The notes beneath the pieces were generated by a model, which was given only the letters and a program-made list of their open reading frames with translations, did not search any database and was not told the origin of the DNA. Shown here piece after piece: positions 1 to 10,787 of a stretch of 64,000 bases of DNA (its first letter is position 1; each line of letters starts with the position of its first letter). The DNA comes from Camelus ferus. Taxonomy: Eukaryota. The DNA lies in the NCBI RefSeq assembly GCF_009834535.1, contig NC_045696.1, positions 114,764,001 to 114,828,000 on the forward strand. Direction: 5' to 3'. A program made the translations under genes and the position numbers.

Positions 1-31
1 TCTTCATATTCTTTTTCATTATAGGTTACTA
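1..31 (-). mobile_element. Truncated end of a young L1 3' UTR running off the left edge of the window
   Basis: TCATATTCTTTTTCATTATAGGTTACTA matches the same segment of the L1 copies at ~30001 and ~55401. Confidence 0.6.
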
Positions 32-788
32 AATAATACATTTTTGTTAGCAATTATTTAGCATGACCTGAAACTGCTAAATGAATTTGCATCGTAATTT
101 GTCTCTCGTAGTGCATACCTGCACTATAATTGGAAAAGAAGAGAGAGAATATTTGCCTTATTTCAAGACTCAAAAAACACAAAGTATTACCAGGTTAGGT
201 TTGTTTTTATTTTTTCACTACACATGGGTGTACATTCAATATTTATCCTGTTCCATCAATGCTTTTTACTGCCTTCTATTTTGTTTCACATAAAATATGA
301 AAAGTATGCTTTGAGCATGTATTTTTTTTACTACTTTAATTACTCAGGGCTTAATTTGTTTTTAATAACTTAATAGCTGAAATTAAATCAAAAGAGAGCA
401 TTTGATTGTATATGCATCATTCTAATGTGGGAGTGCATTTAGGGAAAGCCATGAATCATTTGTACAATCTCTTGTTACATGACAAATAAATTAAAGTGTA
501 ATTAAAATAAAAATGATGGGGTTTTAATACAGTTAAAAGGAATTTTTTTCTTAATCATTCTGTGATTGTTTATCTGGGGTTGTGAGGCCTTCTTTCTTAC
601 TGAGAAATATTGATTCAACTATTGATCTTATTCTCACTGAAACTGTAAGTTTTGAAAGTGGAAAAATACAAACCTTTCTAAATAAGAAAGACTTATAATT
701 ACTATTAACTTTGCAAATTATTCTCTGCCTTCTGTTTCTTAAAAGAAAAAGTGGTATCTAAATATGCAGTTTTAAAAATCATGTTCTG

Positions 789-881
789 AAAAGGAATATA
801 TATATTTATGCATCACTGAATCACTATACTGCGTACCAGAAATTAACACAACATTGTAAATCAACTATACTTTAATTAAAT
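789..881 (+). mobile_element. Extremely 5'-truncated L1 (3' tip only) with 14-bp TSD
   Basis: L1 terminus ...TACCAGAAATTAACACAACATTGTAAATCAACTATACTTT. TSD AAAATCATGTTCTG at 775-788 and 882-895. TTT/AAAAA endonuclease-type target. Confidence 0.9.
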
Positions 882-2304
882 AAAATCATGTTCTGTGATG
901 AAATGTAATGAAAAAAGAGAGTTTGGTTAGAATTAGGAATTCAGAGATTGATTCTTTTAGATTATGACAAAAAGAATCTGTGAGTTTCAACATACGTAAC
1001 TTTCACTTAGAGCAGAGTAGATCATGTCTGCTGTTTTTCCTTTGATGTTTAACTGTTTAGTTTATTTAGACAGATAGTAGCTACTTCTCAAATATTTTTT
1101 CCCATGGACATTTGATGCAAGTTCATCTATCTGGGTCCTTCTCTGAAGAAAGTCATGACTCAGTTCATTTATGAAAGTATATGAATAATTAAATTGACTT
1201 CTTTATATTGTAAAATTAAAACTCAGAAGCAAGTTGCCTGATTTATTCATGTCTTGCGTTCAATGATGCCTGTAAGCTCTGGATATTTGGAATATTGTGT
1301 CAAAACATTGGGTATTATGGGTATTGCCATCGCGTATCCTTGGTAGGGAAGTTTGCTTTGTTCTGCTGAGTTCTGTGAATGGGGTGAAAATGATGGATGG
1401 CACTGCCTTCCCCTGAAAAGAGAAACTGACCCCACTTGGATACCTGCACATCATCATATACTCAGGACCTTACTCCTTGATAATATTTGAGCAGCCTTAT
1501 CAAATAATGATGAAGTTGAGAACAGTGGCCAAGGAGAGTGTTGCTTTGGGACATGAAATATAAATACATTTCAAATTATAGAAATAGTACTTTTGCAGCA
1601 GGAAGAGAAAATTTCCATTGCATACTGCGTCCCTGTCCTAACCGTTCCGTTGAGTCCTTGATTGGCAAACTTTCCTAAGGTGGACGCTCTTACAATGCCC
1701 TGTCTAATTTCTAATGCTTTCTCATGCTTCTCAGTCATCTTCCCAGGCATTATTATTAATTAGAATCCTCCTAGTCGTCTCTCCGATGTGATGCTCATAT
1801 AAAATGTCAGTGGGCCAGCCAGTATCTCAGAACAAGAATTCTATCCCACACACCTCTTCTTCTATGAGCTGGTTTTGTTGAAGTTCTAGCTCTCAGGGAA
1901 AACAGAGTTAATTTTGCTTCCACATTCTAATCAAGAGGAGAGCACTAAGAAGTATTATGAGCCGGAGTGAATATGAGTTTCTTGCTTTTATTCTTGCTTC
2001 TTGCAATGTGCACCAGTTTGGAGAAAAGAGAATGATAAATAGCATGACTGGGAAATATTTCTAGACATAGCTCTCTTCCAAATGAAAGAGGCATTGAAAT
2101 TTATTAAGGACCAAATGGACAGAGCGTTTTTGTAAAATGTAGAATTATGAGGATATCAAATGTGTTAAGGGACACCTCAACCACAGACAGCAGTCCAGAG
2201 CTGTAAGATTTATTGGAGTAAATCTAACCTAGCTCACTCATTTTACAGATGGGAAGGCAGAGGCCAAGATGGTCTGTAAAGTTAGCTTGTTCCAGAATAG
2301 AGGA

Positions 2305-2535
2305 GACAGCATGTTAAAATCAAAAGAAACGCATTTTGGAGCTGTATAGAACTGGGTTCGAATCAAAACTTAGTTACTTACCAGTTATCTGATGACAAGG
2401 TAAATGCCTTAACCTCTACATGACCATTTTTCTCCACCTGTAAAAGTGGTACCTATTACACACAGGCTGAAATGAGAAAGGAAATGTTAAAACACTTAGC
2501 AAGGTACCTGAGGCATCGTAGGTGTTGGATCAGTG
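2305..2535 (+). mobile_element. MIR SINE (with an adjacent minus-strand MIR piece at ~2190-2290)
   Basis: CTGGGTTCGAATC B-box, CCTTAACCTCT...CACCTGTAAAA core, CACTTAGCA...GGCATCGTAGG tail. Confidence 0.75.
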
Positions 2536-2984
2536 ATGCGGCCCCTTCTTAAAAGAAGGCCAAGAATGTTGATATTGATGCCAGTCCTTTTTGACTGCAC
2601 CATCCTGTCATGTCCATAATTCTATCCCTCGATGACTTTAGACTGCTGACTCACGGCCCCTGTGTCATAATCCTTCCCTGACAAAATCGACTTGATGGCG
2701 TGTGTCAGGTTGATGGGGACAAGGTCAGTTGAGTTCGATTTGCTCTCCTCTCTAAGTAATCAACTCCATTCCTCTGGTAGGTGGAAACCTTAAAAGACCT
2801 GGAGAATTTGAAATGTTTCTTCTCTACAAATGTGTTTTATTCGGATGCAGAAGAGTTGATTGAAACGCGTCTGCTAATAATGTTGCACAAAAAGATTTTG
2901 TAATTTCTTGATGAAAGCTAGAGTGTTTTGATTCTTTTAAAAATAATTCCAACACTGGCTTTTTTGACCCTTAAATAGTCTAAG

Positions 2985-3250
2985 CTTAAACATCACCTCC
3001 TCCAAGAAGTCTCTGCTAATCCTATTATCTGACTAGGTCACCCTGTAACTCTCTCTGGCTGTAGTTTTAGCTTCTCTTTCCAGGGCACCTACCACAATTT
3101 GCAACTCCATTTATTAACACTTGCTTTCTTCACAAGTTTGTCAGCTCCATGAGAATGGGGACCAGGTCTGTTTTGCTCATCATTCTATCCAAAGAACTTA
3201 GTTTTGTTTGTGGCACATAGAAAGTGTTTAATAAGTAAAATACAAGTTGA
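2985..3250 (+). mobile_element. L2 LINE 3' end
   Basis: CATCACCTCCTCCAAGAAG ... GCTCCATGAGAATGGGGACCAGGTCTGTTTTGCTCATCATTCTATCC ... TGGCACATAG. Confidence 0.75.
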
Positions 3251-4916
3251 AAGGAAAAATAATGTCTGTTTTCTGAGGAGTTCGGAGCAGAAGGTGACAA
3301 GGACATCCCGAGGCTATGACAGAACCTGGCTTGGGAGGCTGCTGGGTTTGAAGGGGCTCAGTGCAATTATTTGTTTCTTTGTTTTTCAAACAATATTAGC
3401 TCCTGGAGCATCTTTCATCAGCTGTCCTCCTTTGTTCCTCTGAAACTATTTTTAATGCTTACTGGGCAGGCCTTCCCAAGCTAATTCAGCCACCTCTTCT
3501 CAAATCAAATGCCACTCAACCCATTTGCACACCGCTTCGCTTTGTAATCCCATGGCCAGGATTGCTTTCCTGAAAGGACACTGCAAAAGTCTCCGCCCAG
3601 CCTTGAACTGGGCTGTTCCAGTCTCTCTGGCTGGTCTCTCTCTTCTCCAACTCCTTAACTAGATCTCAAGTTTTCCTCTTACCCCTTGACTATACTTTGC
3701 TTTTGGAGGAATGTGGAAGACCAGGGAGTTGGGGATAATATAAATAAATAGGTAAGAAGATGGGTAGGCAGATTAATAGAATACAGACAGATAAATAATA
3801 ATTCTGGGAGAAACACTGTTGGTAAAATTGATTGCGGCTTATTTCTTGTACGTAACAGTCAAATAATTATCCTCATTTAAATAATATTAAAATGCCACTT
3901 TTAATTTTTTTAAGTTTCTGAAGGATTCCATGGTTAATGTATTAAGTGTAATTGTGGAAATAATAGCATAAAAACTAGTTTTATTAATCATATTGCTTCA
4001 CTGGAAGTTATTTCCACAGAAACATTGGTAAAAACACCTTTCTTCAGAATTGAAAGTCCAGGTATAATTTTTGAGTTTGGTAAATAATAGGAATATCACA
4101 GTCAACATTTACAGTTAAAACCATAACCAAAAATTTATAGTGGAAGTAGCATTTTTATATAGGGTAAAATGAGAAGATATTTATTATCTTAGGTGAAAAT
4201 GCTTCTTTTTTGAGAGATGGCAGACATAACCATTTTACTAATGAAGCTTTGTTCAGTATTAAATAGAAATTCTAAAATATCTAACTATCAAATTCATACC
4301 CATTTTATTCCTCCTAGAGGAGATTACAAAGTGATTTACAACCTATCAAAACTGATTCTAATGTAATTTTAACTTACTGAATATAGTAAGTGATTAACTT
4401 TACATACAATACAATAAGTTATTAACTATATTCTAATAACTTTTAATTAGAATATAATTTAATTGTTCTGTAAAGTCTGTATTAGCACAGAAATCCTGAA
4501 TGAAATGTGTTTGAGTAACTTACTACCTAGGAACATATTGAAAATAACCTGATAAATTGGGTCTTTACATTATTAAATGTACATACTAGGTATGTATCTC
4601 TTTCACACATTGAATTTCTCTGTTTTCTTTATTATCTTTTTATATCTCAACAACTCTTTTCTCTTTTATGTGGATTTTGAGCTTCTTAAAGTAGAGAAGC
4701 ACAAGGTAGATTATTCTATTTTAAACAGCCCGAGAGGGAAGACCTATTTTCATAATAAAACCATGCTTTTTATTTGCTTTTTTTCACTGTGTTGACATTT
4801 TCACTGATAGTTAACAAAGCAATGTGGTGGGTATTACAAATGCCAGTGAATTGCACAAATCAAGGCAGTGGCACCAACTGTACTAGTGGTTATTGGATTT
4901 TTCACACTGTGTGCAA

Positions 4917-5914
4917 ACTTTTTTTTATTATTATTAAGTCTTTCTTAAGAGCAGTTTTTTTGTTCTTGTTGTTAATAAATTTCCAGCACATTTATTTTAT
5001 ATTTTTATTATTAATGAATTTCCAGCACATTTTATTTTATTTTATTTTTAGTTGAAGTATAGTTGGTTTATAATGTTGTGCTAATTTCTGGTGTACAGCA
5101 TAGTGATTCAGTTATACATATATATACATATATATATTCCTTTTCAGTAGGCTATTATAAGGTACTGAATATAGTTCCCTGTGCTATACAGTAAGACCTT
5201 GTTGTTTATCTATTATTATTATATATATTATATAATATTATATACTATTGTATACTATATAATCTAATATTATATATAGTGTTAGAAACTGCAAATCCCA
5301 AACTCCCAATTTATCCCTCCATTCCATCCTTACCCCCGGTAACCATAAGTTTGTTTTCTATGTCTGTGAATCAGTTTGTGTTTTGTAAGTAAGTTCATTT
5401 GTGTCATTTTTTTTTTTTAGATTCCATATTTAAGTGATATCATATGATATTATTCTTTGTCTTTCTGAGTTACTTCACTTAGAATGACAATCTTCAGCTC
5501 CATCCGTGTTACTGCAAATGGCATTATTTTATCCTTTTTTATGGCTGAGTACTATTCCATTGTGTATATATAGCACATCTTCTTTATCCATTCATCTATC
5601 AATGGGCATTTAGGTTGCTTCCATGTGTTAAGTTTAAAAAAAAAATTGAATGGGAGATAGATACAGAGATTTTCCATATACCTTCTACCAACCCCTCTAT
5701 GCATAACTTCCCCCATTATCAACATCCTCCACCAGAGTGGTACATTTGTTATCATTCATGAATCTACACTGACACATCATAATTACTCAAAGTCCATAGT
5801 TTACATTATGATTCATTCTTGGTGTTGTACATGTTATGAATCTGGACACATGTGTGATGACCATATATTATTATGGTATCATACATAGTATTCCACGGTC
5901 CTAAAAATCCTCTG
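4917..5914 (-). mobile_element. L1MC1-like old L1 3' UTR (4917-4960 and ~5629-5914), interrupted by a young L1
   Basis: AGAGCAGTTTT on the left. CCCCATTATCAACATCCTCCACCAGAGTGGTACATTTGTTA...AAAGTCCATAGTTTACATTA...CTAAAAATCCTCTG on the right. Confidence 0.8.
4961..5628 (-). mobile_element. Young lineage-specific L1, 5'-truncated (3' UTR plus ORF2 C-terminal tip)
   Basis: TTGAAGTATAGTTGGTTTATAATGTTGTG...; minus-strand peptide TWKQPKCPLIDEWIKKMCYIYTME is L1 ORF2 C-terminus. Homologous to 55302-55870. Confidence 0.92.
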
Positions 5915-6689
5915 GTTTTATTTAAGAATTCCTCCTATAAAGCAGTAAAACTTAGTACTTGTATTAAATCTCAAACCTTAAGTATACACATCTTTTTATT
6001 ATTCTAGTGACAAAAACAGGAAGTATAGATGAAGTACTTTTGCTACATTCCAAAATATGAATTGGATAACCACCTTTAACAGAACCATGCTATGGCTAAG
6101 AATTTTTCTTAAAGAAATAATTGAAAAGTTTACAGAGAGGTATAGCCAATAATATTTATGCAGCTTTGTTAAGAATAGAAAGAAGAAGAGAAATGCCCCA
6201 AATGCTAAATTAAAGTGTTTAGAGAAATTATTTCATATCTATAGGATGAAACATACCCAGAACTGAAACAGTGATACACATTGCAATTTACTGATGTTCA
6301 CGTTACATAAAAGGAGGAAAAAATACAGGTTTTTAAAAATAGAATTGTAACACCCCATTTGCAGGGGAACATCTTACATGATTATAAAATCAGTGTCAGC
6401 ATTGATTTGATTAGGGTTGTTGGTGATTATAAAATGTGTTTTTGCTTATTGATCCTTTTAAAAGTTTATACAATACATAAATTTACTTGTATATTCAGGA
6501 AACAACACATATTTTATAATGAAATATATAAAGAAATGGAAAAATAAACAACCTTAATAAAAACACAGAAGAGACTTGCTAGGGCAAAGAAAAGGCACAA
6601 ATTAAATATTCCTGATTAAAACTGTCAAACACAGGTGGCTGTCCATGGAGAGAACAGCCAGTATTACACAAATGTCTTCTGCCTGCACT

Positions 6690-7450
6690 GAGCAATAAAG
6701 TTAAATGTGTGCATATATGTTGGCCAGTTTAATAAACAGATTAGTCATTACTTCTTTAATTTGCACAGTTAGGATTGTGAGTGAGACTCGAAAGTTTTGA
6801 AATATTTATTTCTCATTTCCATTCCTTCATTTATAAATTGTTTACATATGTTTCCTGCTGCAATTGCCTCTGTTTCTCACGTTCTCTCTCTCTAAGTGAT
6901 CATAAGGGAACTGTGCACATTAAGATTATACATATTGCAAATGTTTTCCCAGTTAATTATGTGCTTTTCATTTATAGTGGTTTTTTTTGTAAGCACACAG
7001 AAAGAAATAGCTTTTAGTAATCATAACTACCAAAATTCTTTTTTTTTTTTTTTTTGCTTAGGAAAGGATTTTTTTTTAATTTGGTATGCTGAATAAGAAG
7101 GGAATAACATTTTACTTTTATTTCCTAATAGTTAAACCAGCAAAAATTAAATAATGTTTTATTTTCCTACTGATTTGAAATGCTTCTTTTATCATATTTA
7201 TGCTTGTTTCTGGATTTTTCTCTCATATTCTAACAGTGTGTTCGGCCACTCCTGTGCCAGTGCTGCACTTTTTCAGTAATTACATTTCTAATGTTTCATT
7301 TATGCAGTATTTTCCTGGCTACCATTACCTAGTTAGAATTTCAGATCAGACTTTGAACGACTGATAAAAAGTCCAAAATAACCTCATTTGAGATTTCAAA
7401 TTAAATTGCATTAAACCTATAAAATTTAATTACCTACAAAATTGGAAGCT
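6690..7450 (-). mobile_element. Highly decayed old L1 (L1ME/L1M5-like) fragments
   Basis: Degenerate antisense ORF2-type tracts (CATATTGCAAATGTTTTCCCAG; CCTGTGCCAGTGCTGCAC; AATTGCATTAAACCTATA). Boundaries approximate. Confidence 0.45.
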
Positions 7451-7799
7451 TATCATTGGTGAGTATCGCCATATCAGTGGGAAAGTGGTATCTTACCATT
7501 AGGCAGATTTTTGTTTCTCACCCTCACCATTAAAAGGAATTTATCCAACTTATAGAATAATTTATCCTGTTACTATTGTCTTGGTTGAAAATTCTCCAAT
7601 CTTTGTAACTGAAGGTTATGGCTGGCTAGTGAGAAAACACTTTTATAATTTACAGTTCGTTAGATGTGGAAGTCAAAACTGAAATTCAAAACAGGTGAAC
7701 TGGTCAACTTAATTACTCCCTGGATTATGTTTGACCATACGGTTTCAATTACAATAAATGCTACAGAAGTTTTTGTACCAGTCCTAATTTAGTCCTAAT

Positions 7800-8790
7800 T
7801 CCTCCCCACTTCATCACCAAGACTCAACAATTATTTCCAGCCACCTAGTGGACAGCCCTTCATAGGAATCTCTCAAACACAAGACTTAACATTTTCCAGT
7901 CCTCAAATGTGATCTTTGCATGTTAGTGCTCTTTCTCTCAGTTACTGCCATCCCAGTCTATCCATCCCCTCATGGTAGGGGAGGGGTATTTGTCCAGAAC
8001 ATTTCCTTTTTTTCTCCTTCTGATGTCCTGCCAGTTACCGGATCCTGTTGGCCTTCCATCCAGGTTCACACTCTGCCACCACAATCATCATCTTAAGAAT
8101 AGAATTGACTGTGTCATGCTGGGACTTACGAAAATCATTTGTTCCTTCTGATGCCTTAGAGATAAAAAAAAAAAACAAAATAAAATAAACTCTTTAGCCT
8201 GGAGTAAGAGACATTTTTACAATCTTGGCCAATATGCCTCTTGGTTTTAATTTCTATCTTTTCAACTCGGAAATACACCTCTCTTTTCACCACCTTAAAC
8301 TTGTTAAACTTAATCAGACATGCCACACATTTTAGCGCCTATGTGCAAAGCAATTTCTTTTTCCCATAATGCTCTTCTCTATTTTTTCATCTCCACTGGA
8401 TGTACTCGTGACTCATTCTTCAATATTGAGGGCCACCTTCCGCTGCCTGCCTCAGCCACCCACATAGTGTTAGTGAAAGGAGATAATATATGAAGGACTT
8501 AGCACAATGCTCAGTCCCTAATAATTGCTAAATAAATGGTAATTACTTTTAATAACATTGCTTTTCTTATCTTCGCTCCCACGGATCCTGTTTATGCCTG
8601 TATCATATCACTTACTTTGTGATATATAGATGTAATATACATCTACAGGTGTCTACACATTAACACATCTATCCCACACCAAGACTAGGATTTATAAGAA
8701 GGTATGATATGCATCTTAAGTGGCTTTCTATTTGGCTTATTTCCTCATAGCCTGGTGACTGCTTACTCTTTCCTGATTAAATAAATGAGT
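7800..8790 (+). mobile_element. Decayed L2 with embedded MIR 3' fragment (~8460-8550)
   Basis: TTCCAGCCACCTAGTGGACAGCCC...CTCAAAC; later AAGACTAGGATTTATAAGAAGG...CATAGCCTGG...AATAAATGA. MIR-like GGACTTAGCACAATGC. Confidence 0.55.
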
Positions 8791-9109
8791 AGCAAAACAA
8801 TTTTCAAATTGCGGAAAACTCAGTATATTAGTATAAATTCTAATTACCAGTGCTCTTCCTTCCAATTTACCTTTACAAGGATGAACTAAACATGTGCTAA
8901 GAAAGCATACAGGTGTTTGAAACTTTCTAAATTATTATTACTTTTTAATTCTGAAGCAAATAATGCCACAGTCAAAAGTTCACATTCAGATTGAGGAAAA
9001 CAAAAGTCTTAGTTTTGGAAATGTCTCACTCCCTCTCTTTCTCTTCCCTGAGTTCTTTGTTCTCATTTTATCGATTTGAATTAGGTTGCGTTTCAATTGC
9101 AGTTTTTAA

Positions 9110-9365
9110 ATAACATTTATTGAATTTTTAATATGTGCCAGGGACTAAGCTAAGCACTTTGAAAAGCACTGTCCATTCCGTGTTGGCCACAGTCCTATGA
9201 AGTAAATTTCACAAACTCTTTTTTTTACAAGGATGAAACTGAACTTTAAAGAGGCCATGTGACTATCCTGGGTCCACATAACATCGAAGGGACAGGCGTG
9301 GAACTAAGAATGTGTCCATCAGATCCCAGGCTCAACCCTGAGCCACTGGTCTGTTCACATCACTG
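9110..9365 (-). mobile_element. MIR SINE
   Basis: TAACATTTATTGA...TATGTGCCAGGGACTAAGCTAAGCACTTT...TTTTACAAGGATGAAACTGA. Confidence 0.75.
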
Positions 9366-9382
9366 TAGAAGTAGGTCTGAAC

Positions 9383-9604
9383 CACTGGTTCTCAAAGGAG
9401 ACGGCAGGCGATTTTGCCCCTCAGTGGGCACTTGGCAACGTCTAGACACACTTTTGGTTCTTACAACTAGGAGAGGGGACGCTGCTAACATCTAGTGGGT
9501 AGAGGCCAGAGACCCTGATCAAGGACAGGATCGAGACAGCTCTCTGCAACAGAGTATTACCTGGTCCTAAATGTCCAAAAGAGTGCCCAAGTCAAGAAAC
9601 CTTG
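9383..9604 (+). mobile_element. MER20 (hAT-Charlie MITE), near full length
   Basis: Termini CACTGGTTCTCAA / AAGAAACCTTG; internal GATTTTGCCCCTCAG..TTGGCAACGTCTAGACAC, CATCTAGTGGGTAGAGGCCAG. Degenerate 8-bp TSD GTCTGAAC / GTCTAAGC. Confidence 0.88.
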
Positions 9605-9957
9605 GTCTAAGCTAAAGACAGAGGAACTTCTGAAAGCGAGACAAAGACTCACTCAGGAGATTCCCAAATAGAAAAATGGTTGGGGGAAGGGTTGCACACA
9701 AACAAGCCTTGAAAAATATGGTATTGCTTTGTTTTTTGTGAACTACAGCCATTATCATGGAAATACTTCTTACAGAACTGAAAACAAGAAAAACTCTTAA
9801 TTGTTCAGTGAAGAAGGATTATAGGTGACACTTCTGTAGGGAGCCAAGTTAAGCAGGGACACTAATTTGACACATCTACTTTTAAATCTCAGGTTTTCAG
9901 GGATAATTAATCGTGATCTTGATTATTTTAGCAAAAGGACATCAGCTAAATCTTTTT

Positions 9958-10215
9958 TTTTTTTTTGAGTAAAGGTAGATTTATTTAGAGAGATACATAC
10001 TGCATAGAGTGTAGGCTGTTTCAGAAGGCAAAAGAAAGGCCACGAGATGTGGGGGTTGGGTGCTCAGGTTAAAGTAAAAGTAGGTGCACACCCCTTACAC
10101 AGAGTGCAGGCCGTCTCCAAAGAGGAGGGAGAGAGAGGCGGCCACGAGGGGCTATGTTGCCAGTTTTTATGGGCTTGGTAGCTTTGTACGTTAAGAAGCT
10201 GGAGGACCATTTTAA
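9958..10215 (-). mobile_element. Polyadenylated, 5'-truncated retrocopy of an ERV1 LTR (U3 part + R + polyA)
   Basis: Homologous to the solo LTR at 60909-61499. Poly(T) 9953-9966, AATAAA (minus) at 9980-9985, 11-bp TSD TAAATCTTTTT at 9947-9957 and 10216-10226. Confidence 0.85.
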
Positions 10216-10614
10216 TAAATCTTTTTAAATTTGGTGTTGAACTCCTCTTAACCTGAATTTATATTGAAATTGCAAGTGTCTCAGTAGTCTAATGCATTTG
10301 GGGGCTGGATGTGTTCATTTTGCTAAGACAAGAGTGATCACTTCACCTTCCCTGATCTCAAGATTTATGCATTGAGTGTCTTTAGATGGACCAACGGGTG
10401 TGGAAACCCATTTTGCTGAAGTGTTCAGTAGATTCTCAAACCTCAATTAGTAAAGTTCTTCATGGGTTTTTGAATTCCATGAAGGTTTTCTTAGTAAGAA
10501 GAATTCAATTTTAAAACCACTGACATACCCACACTTACTCCCCACAGAGAGAATGTTTGGCCGTTTGCTCTGTTGGTCACTGTTCTGTTTATGCAGTAGT
10601 CTTTAAATATTTTG

Positions 10615-10787
10615 CAGACATGGCTTCATGCACACATGATCTGTACAGAGACACAGTGCCTTGTGCTTAGAAGAACCTCATGCTTTGTTGGGGGCTCTTC
10701 TCTCATTATCTTGACATTCTTGACTTTTGAACCAGGGGCCCATATTTTCATCTTGCACTGGATTTACAAATTATGTACCTGGTACTT
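10615..10787 (+). mobile_element. MER91-like hAT-Tip100 MITE
   Basis: GGCTTCATG...CACAGTGCCTTGTGCTTAGAAG...TTTTGAACCAGGGGCCCATATTTTCATCTTGCACTGG...CAAATTATGTACCTGG. Confidence 0.75.

Larger units (their letters stand above)
4743..6067 (+). mobile_element. Charlie1-type hAT DNA transposon remnant, split into 4743-4916 and ~5915-6067 by L1 insertions
   Basis: TGTTGACATTT..CACTGAT, ATCAAGGCAGTGGCACCAACTGTACTAGT on the left. AAGCAGTAAAA..TATTAAATCTC...CATCTTTTT...GGAAGTA on the right. The two halves are contiguous in the recalled Charlie1 consensus. Confidence 0.75.

Noticed and set aside
9481..9500. CTCF site within MER20
   Set aside because: This copy reads CCACTAGATGTTAG on minus; the GGC part of the core is lost.
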